Shown one piece after another: positions 57,431 through 64,000 of a stretch of 64,000 nucleotides of DNA. Positions within the stretch are counted from its first letter, which is position 1. Each line of letters begins with the position of its first letter. The position numbers and the translations under genes are program-made. The stretch is from Octopus vulgaris (Eukaryota): NCBI GenBank assembly GCA_951406725.2, contig OX597818.1, positions 31,558,001 to 31,622,000 on the forward strand, in the 5' to 3' direction. Under the pieces are notes generated by a model. It searched no databases and had not been told where the DNA came from. It worked only from the letters and a program-made list of their open reading frames with translations.

Positions 57431-57599
57431 CATATATACGACGGGCTCCTTTCAGTTTCCGTCGACCAAATCCACTCACAGGGCTTTGGTCGGTCCGAGA
57501 CTATAGTAGAAGACATTTGCCCAAGGTGCCACGCAGTGGGACTGAACCCTGAACCAAGTAGTTCGTAAGCAATCTACTTACCACACAGCCACTCCTACG

Positions 57600-57602
<3 letters not shown>
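57195..57602 (-). mobile_element. SINE family B
   Basis: Reverse complement of the copy at 16321. Confidence 0.9.
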
Positions 57603-57663
<61 letters not shown>

Positions 57664-57664
57664 C

Positions 57665-57703
<39 letters not shown>

Positions 57704-57924
57704 CGTGTGTGTGCGTGCGAGTGTGTGTGCGTATGTGTATGTGTGTGAAGGAATAGTTTGCATGTGTAGAGATAGCTACTGTTTGCTTACAGAGAAATGC
57801 AGCATTTCCTGAAACAGTTGTGAGACTATCTGCTGACTTCCTTCCTTCTTTCATTCTTTTCTTCCTTCCTTCCTCCCTTCTTCATAATTTATTCTCTTGT
57901 AGCAACTCAATCCTTGTATTTAAA

Positions 57925-58323
57925 CTAGCAGTATCGCCCGGCGTTGCTCGGGTTTGTAAGGGAAATAACTATATAAGCATTTTTAGAGAGTTATACCCCC
58001 CAAATAGCAAAAAAAAATGCATTAAAAATGGAAAAAAATGATGGTAAATTTTTTTCTAAATCGTTGACTCATCGTAGACATTTTTAGAGAGTTACTTCCC
58101 TTATATAATAGCGAAAAAATGCATTAAAATAAAAAAATGATGGTAAATTTTTTTAAAAATCGTAGACTCATCGTAGACGCGCGCTAATACCCAGAAGGGC
58201 TCGATATGAATCAGACTATAAGATACCCGGTTTTGGTTAAACTGCACCGCAAAATGTGGGAGTAGTTAGGAATCTAAATCGTAGGAGACAGACAGCACAC
58301 AACCTTACTTTTATATATAAAGA
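57925..58323 (-). mobile_element. Non-autonomous Helitron (~400 bp)
   Basis: Minus strand begins TC (A^TCtttatatataaaag), ends CTAG^T, with subterminal hairpin cccgagcaacgccggg; no TSD; internal ~100-bp tandem duplication. Confidence 0.8.
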
Positions 58324-58625
58324 TATAAATATCGTAATCTAATGTGATGCCAGTTGTTCGCCTGTTCATACTTGCATTGTATTATACGTGTAACACTTCC
58401 ATTGTCAACCCACCGATATCCAATCATTATTAGGCAGTTTCACAATCCTTGTTTTTAGTTGCAGTTCAAGTTCGAAGTGTTATAGACAGATAGTGATCCT
58501 GAATACTTATAGAATGTACTTCTTACCGACGTCATCAGGCGTAGTATTACCTGAATTCTCTCGCTCTCTACTCTACTCTCTCTCTCTTTCACTCTCTCTC
58601 GCTTTCACTCACTCTCTCTCTCTCT

Positions 58626-58689
<64 letters not shown>

Positions 58690-58691
58690 AT

Positions 58692-59101
58692 TATTCTATT
58701 CTTTTATTTTTTTACTTGTTTCACTCACTTGACTGCCGCCATACTGGAGCACCACCTTGAAGGGATTTAGTCGAGCAAATCGACCCCAGAGCTTATTTCT
58801 GAAACCTAATACTTATTCTATCGGTCTGTTTCGCCGAACAGCTAAGTTACGAGGACGTAAACACACCAATACCGGTTGTTAAGCGGTGATGGGGGACAAA
58901 CACAGACACAAACACACATACATACATACATATACATATATCCGACTGGCTTCTTTCAGTTTCTGTCTACCAAATCCACTCACAGGGTTTTGGTCGGTCC
59001 GAGACTATAGTAGAAGACATTTGCCCAAGGTGCCACGCAGTGGGACTGAACCCTGAACCAAGTAGTTCGTAAGCAATCTACTTACCACACAGCCACTCCT
59101 A
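58692..59101 (-). mobile_element. SINE family B with a different-subfamily 3' body
   Basis: Reverse complement of family B with the ccaccttgaagggatttag insertion variant. Confidence 0.9.
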
Positions 59102-59279
59102 CACATAGATATAAACACATATATACAACGGGGAAAGGATTTATGAATTCTCATCCAAAAGTTCTTGTCAGTAGTATATTCATTGTACGCTATAGCGTTA
59201 GACATAAATTGTTAAAAACAATAAAATGGGATGGATCATATATGCAATTCTTACACTCTCCCAGAATTATATTTTGTTC

Positions 59280-59866
59280 TCCTCTAGGCACAAGGCCCGA
59301 AGGGGGTCAGTCGATTAGATCAATCTCAATACAAAACTGGTACTTAATTTGTCGACTCCGAAAGGATGAAAAGCAAAGTCGACCTCAGCGGAATTTGAAC
59401 TTAGAACGTAAAAGACAGGCGAAATACTGCTAAGCATTTCGCCTTCTGTGCTAACGTTTCTTATTTCTTTATTGCCCACAAGAGGCTTTAAATAGAGGGG
59501 ACAAACAAAGGGATTAAGTCGATTACATCGACCCCAGTGCGTAAATGGTACTTAATTTATCGACCCCGAAAGGGTAAAAGGTAAAGTCGACCTCGGCGGA
59601 ATTTGAACTCAGAACCTAGCGGCAGATGAAATATCTATTTCTTTACTACCCACAAGGGGCTAAACACAGAGAGGACAAACAAGGACAGACAAACGGATTA
59701 AGTTGATTATATCGATCCCAGTGCGTAACAAGTACTTAATTTATCGACCCCGAAAAGATGAAAGGAAAAGTCGACCTCGGCGGTATTTGAACTCAGAACG
59801 CAAAAGCAGACGAAAAAACGCTAAGCAATTCGCTCGGCGTGCTAACGTTTCTGCCTGCTCGCCGCC
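59280..59866 (-). mobile_element. Three tandem SINE family A units
   Basis: Repeated aaagtcgacctc.gcgg.atttgaact.agaac. Confidence 0.9.
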
Positions 59867-60161
59867 TTTCCTCGAATTATATTAAGGGTACGTGTGTCAG
59901 CAAGTTATTCGGCTTCTCAACGACTAAGGGCTTTTCTTTACTCAAAAACTGTAAAATTCGACGAATATCCCATTTTATATTTGTTACCTTCTTATGCTTA
60001 TTATATATTTTTCTTCTTGCTGTTGGTGTCGCCACATCACTTTTGTAAAACCAACACTGTCTCTCTTTCTCCATATATATATATACCACTCTCTCTCTCT
60101 CTCTTTCTCTCTCATACTCTCTCTTTCTCTCTCTCATACTCTCACTTTCTTTCTCTCATAC

Positions 60162-60206
<45 letters not shown>

Positions 60207-60692
60207 CTCCTATTCTCGCTTTTAATACTTCATTTTTTGCATTCTTACAGGTTTCCTCGCTTTCTGGCTCCTTTCTTTTCTTCTTTTATTTCATCCTATC
60301 ACTTAGTCATTCATTCATTCTTCCTTATCTCTTTTTAAATTTTGCCCATCATTTTATTTTTATTTTTATATATTTCTTTTACGCCTGCGCGCTTGTTTGT
60401 TTTCCTTCACTCACTGTCAGCATGTTTGCTGCTCGACAATAGTCAAAGAAGTCATCTCAGTTTGAATGATCTTTTTTTTTTTTTATTTTTTGCCAACCAG
60501 TTCTACCGTTTCAGATGACAACTTCTGATACTGTCAACTCTGAAGTAAATGACGATCGTCTTCAGATAAACTAGTATGTCACCACCACCACCGCCGCCGC
60601 CGCCGTCCCCGCCGCCATCACCCCCACCATCGCCACTACCATCACAACCACCACCACAATCACCACCATCTCCATCACCACCACCACCACCG

Positions 60693-60755
<63 letters not shown>

Positions 60756-60758
<3 letters not shown>

Positions 60759-61859
60759 GTCAAGCTTCAAGCATATAGTTTCCATCCGGATATTGTACGA
60801 TGGGTTGGTGCCTTCCTCTCAGATCGCTCCTTCCAAGTTCAAGTTAATGGTTCGCGGTCCGACGTCTCCAGTGCGAGCAGTGGCGTGCCTCAAGGTTCAG
60901 TGCTTGGGCCCTTGTTGTTCTTAGTCTTCATAAATGACTTGCCCGACGACCTCACGCAACACACCCTTCTATTTGCCGACGATATCAAACTGGTCGCTTC
61001 TCGCGGTAGTATAGAGGATCTTCGTCGATGCCTCCACCAAATTTGGAAGTGGTCTAACGATTGGGACCTGTGTCTGAACGTGTCAAAGTGCTGTCATCTG
61101 CCTGTCGGCTCTACTCCTGCAACTCAACTTGATTTCGAGCCGGGTCGTCTGCTGCTGGAGAGGACCGATCAGGTAAAGGACCGGGGTATCTTGGTGGATT
61201 CCTCCTTTTCGCCTTCGGCCCAGTGCGTCCATGCTGCCAACAAAGCGCGTGGAATTCTGTTTTTGATTCGACGGTCATTCGGAATGCTCACAGCAGCCAT
61301 ATTCCTATCACTCTATGTCACGCTGGTGAGACCCATATTGGAGTATGGGATTCAAGCCTCTTCTCCTTATCTTCTCAAAGACATACAGCATCTCGAAAGA
61401 GTCCAGAGGCTGGCTACCCGCATAGTTCATGGTCTCAAAAATTTGTCCTACGAAGAAAGGCTGAGGACGCTCGACCTTTATTCTCTTGAAAAACGCCGCC
61501 GCCGTGGTGATCTCATTCTCGCCCACAACATCATAAGCGGGAAGTGTAACCTCTCGAAAGAGCTGTTCTTCACTCCTGCTCCGGAGCGTCGGCTGCGGGG
61601 TCATTCCGAAAAGCTCTACCTGCGACGATTTCATCTCAATCGAAGGAGAGGAGCTTTCTCCGTCCGGGTTGCGGATCCGTGGAACAAGCTGCCAGACGAG
61701 ATGGTGAAGATGCCGACGACCGCTTTGTTCAAAGCCCCCCTGGACCTCAAGTGGCCTGAACTCTTTACATGAACACCACCCTGTACATAACTCCATGTCC
61801 CCCTACATGGCCTTGCTATTTGCTTTTGAGCCAAATTAACTAACTAACTAACTAACTAA

Positions 61860-61860
<1 letters not shown>
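60756..61860 (+). mobile_element. Young 5'-truncated CR1-clade LINE: uninterrupted RT C-terminal 338 codons, short 3' UTR, (TAAC)6 tail
   Basis: SGVPQGSVLGPLLFLVFINDL, LFADDIKL, LYVTLVRPILEYG, LERVQRLATR, LSYEERLRTLDLYSLEKRRRRGDLI, FSVRVADPWNKLP; stop at 61772; (CTA)n on both sides. Confidence 0.95.
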
Positions 61861-61956
<96 letters not shown>

Positions 61957-62289
61957 AGCTGCTGCTGCTGCGGAAGATGATGATGATATAGTTCTTGATT
62001 TAGGCACAAGGCCACCAATATTGAGAAGAGGGGTTAGTTAAATCCCTCGTACTCAGTATCTGACTGGTATCTTATTTGATTGTGTTCCGAAGAGTCATTT
62101 AAATAAAGCATCAATCGATGTTGCAATTTTGTTGAGGGGGTGAAAAACAGGAACACAGAGTACACAAAATATGCGAACACATGGTGATACCCTCAGCTAT
62201 TAGTGATGGGCCTTTTAAGTGCAACCAATCAAAGATCACCAAAGTAGAAACTGTCAACCAATTGTCGTTGTATCCGACCTATAAATGCT

Positions 62290-62880
62290 TCCACTCCAAT
62301 CATACTACAATCACCCGTCATTCGACAAATTCGTTGGAGGAAAGCACGCTCTTCCTCTACTTCTCCTCATCTCTTTCCTTTCCAAGTGAAGCCTGTAAAC
62401 GTTTATGTGAACGTGGCCGAAGAAGGAAGTGGATCGTACCTATCCTTTGAGTCTCGATAACCACACATCTTTCACCATAGCCAGCAGAGGAAAGATGACT
62501 TTTCATCCATAGTAAAGGGAAGTTGAGGAGATATATTTACTCGAATGTGAGTCCAGATCGCTCTCGATCTGGACTCGGTCGATAGCTGCTGGAAGTAACT
62601 CAACAAGTTAGTAATGTTTGGACACTAACTGAGTGTGTGTATTGTGGTTTTGTCCTGACAGCACCGCTATATATATATATCACTTCCATTTCTGTAGAAT
62701 GTATTTCAAACTGGTAGTACTCTTTCGTAGCAATGTCATCTTAAGGATGTTATTCATATTAGACCCCGACTTGAAAGTCTCCTTGAACAAACTAACCACA
62801 TCGTAGAGACTTTGAGTTTTCCCGAGAACGTCATCTTCTTTCTCCTCCGTCTCTCCTTCGTGTGTTGCTAAAACTTCAAC
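62290..62880 (-). mobile_element. Old Tx1/L1-clade LINE 3' fragment
   Basis: Minus-strand remnants DDVLGKT..., CYERVLPV*NTFYRNG, RCCQDKTTIHTLS*CPNI, VIFPLLAMVKDVWLSRLKG, homologous to the element at 1607. Confidence 0.65.
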
Positions 62881-62939
62881 CCATCACGCCCAAATATTAA
62901 AGGGAAGTGGATATCAGACGATAATCCAGCACCCAAATA

Positions 62940-63415
62940 ATCCTTTCTACTATAGGCACACTGCTTGGATTTTGTGGGGAGAGAGGGACAGTCGATCACA
63001 TTGACCCCAGTACTCAAATGATACGTAATTTATCGACCCTGAAAGGAAGAAAGGCACAGTTGACCTCGGTGGAATTTGAACTCAGAACGTAGCGATGGCC
63101 GAAATACTGCTAAGCATTTTGCCCGGTGTGCTGACGGTTCTGCTAGCTCACCGCCTCATAAAAGCACCCAAATAATAATAATAATAATAACCCTTTCTAG
63201 TATCGGCCCAAGGCCTGACATTTTTTGTTTTATTTGTCGGGGTGCTTGTCAATTAGATCGATCCCAGTGCGTAACTGACACAAATTTCATCGACCCTGAA
63301 AAGTTGAAAGGCAAAGTCGGCATCGGCGGAATTTGAAGCCTGAACGTAAGGAGAGACAAAATGCCGCACAGCATTTTGACTGACGTGCTAATGATTCTGC
63401 CGACTCGCCGCCTTT
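62940..63415 (-). mobile_element. Two diverged SINE family A-related units
   Basis: tttatcgaccctgaaagg...ggaatttgaactcagaacgtagc...ctgctagctcaccgcc and a second similar unit. Confidence 0.8.
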
Positions 63416-63418
63416 ACG

Positions 63419-63495
<77 letters not shown>

Positions 63496-63497
<2 letters not shown>

Positions 63498-63960
63498 TAA
63501 GATGGGCTACATCAAATATTCTGCTCAATACCACAGATTTGCTTGTCAGTTGTTTGACCTTAACCAGTTGACCATGTCCCTTAGTGACTGATGATATGTG
63601 CATCTCTGATCATGACCAGAAGTAGTAGGTGTGCATCATAGCCGTGTGTTGAGAGGGATTCTTTGGAGTTTGAATAATTCACCTCTGGAAACATGGGTAG
63701 TTCGTTCAACATCCTTATACAATCCTTATTCAGGGACCTTCTGAGCGGGAGGGGCTACACGATCAGAAGAAAATTCTAACTGGGACCCACTGCAAGGTCA
63801 TGCGCTGTTTATCTTGATATGAGATCACCATGTCGCGCACATATGGTCGTGATGCATATACCTGGTGTACCCTTATCAGACGGATAGTCATGATGGGTAT
63901 ACTGGGCTTCGTATATTTTACCCCAGTGTCACTTTGATGGCATGCACTGCTCTCTCACTC
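63496..63960 (+). mobile_element. Repeat family D, second copy, flanked by (AAT)n/(AAC)n
   Basis: Similar to 11662-12102 with the same 3' end. Confidence 0.8.
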
Positions 63961-64000
63961 AATAACAACAACAACAACAACAACAACAGTAATAATAATA

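Noticed and set aside
60576-60755. Pro/Leu-rich N-terminus giving the CR1 RT an ATG
   Set aside because: Flanking (CCA)n/(CTA)n microsatellite is in frame by chance; the RT lacks its N-terminal half, so a functional fusion is unsupported
62549-62576. Perfect 12-bp hairpin gagtccagatcg-ctct-cgatctggactc
   Set aside because: Short and inside a decayed Tx1 fragment; no support for function

Overview
AT-rich, microsatellite-saturated animal DNA. The SINE/LINE content suggests a coleoid cephalopod such as Octopus (inference). It is probably intronic or intergenic, and no intact host gene is visible. Most predicted ORFs are read-throughs of (TA)n, (CA)n, (TATG)n, (AAT)n and triplet repeats or of SINE bodies. 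Supported content: many copies of at least three tRNA-headed SINE families; 5'-truncated LINE fragments of the Tx1/L1, R4/Dong (restriction-like endonuclease), RTE and CR1 clades, including one young uninterrupted CR1 RT; a decayed mariner; a hAT MITE with an 8-bp TSD; and a non-autonomous Helitron. Most notable: (1) a head-to-head inverted pair of an element combining a tRNA-type Pol III head, an (AAT)n spacer and a minimal Penelope-type hammerhead ribozyme (25.8-26.4 kb); (2) several retroelements each embedded in its own microsatellite class; (3) a SINE tail matching the Tx1 3' end; (4) an apparent gene-conversion tract between neighbouring SINEs; (5) several hairpins and inverted duplications; (6) two phase-compatible candidate minus-strand exons. 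All alignments and translations were done by eye.
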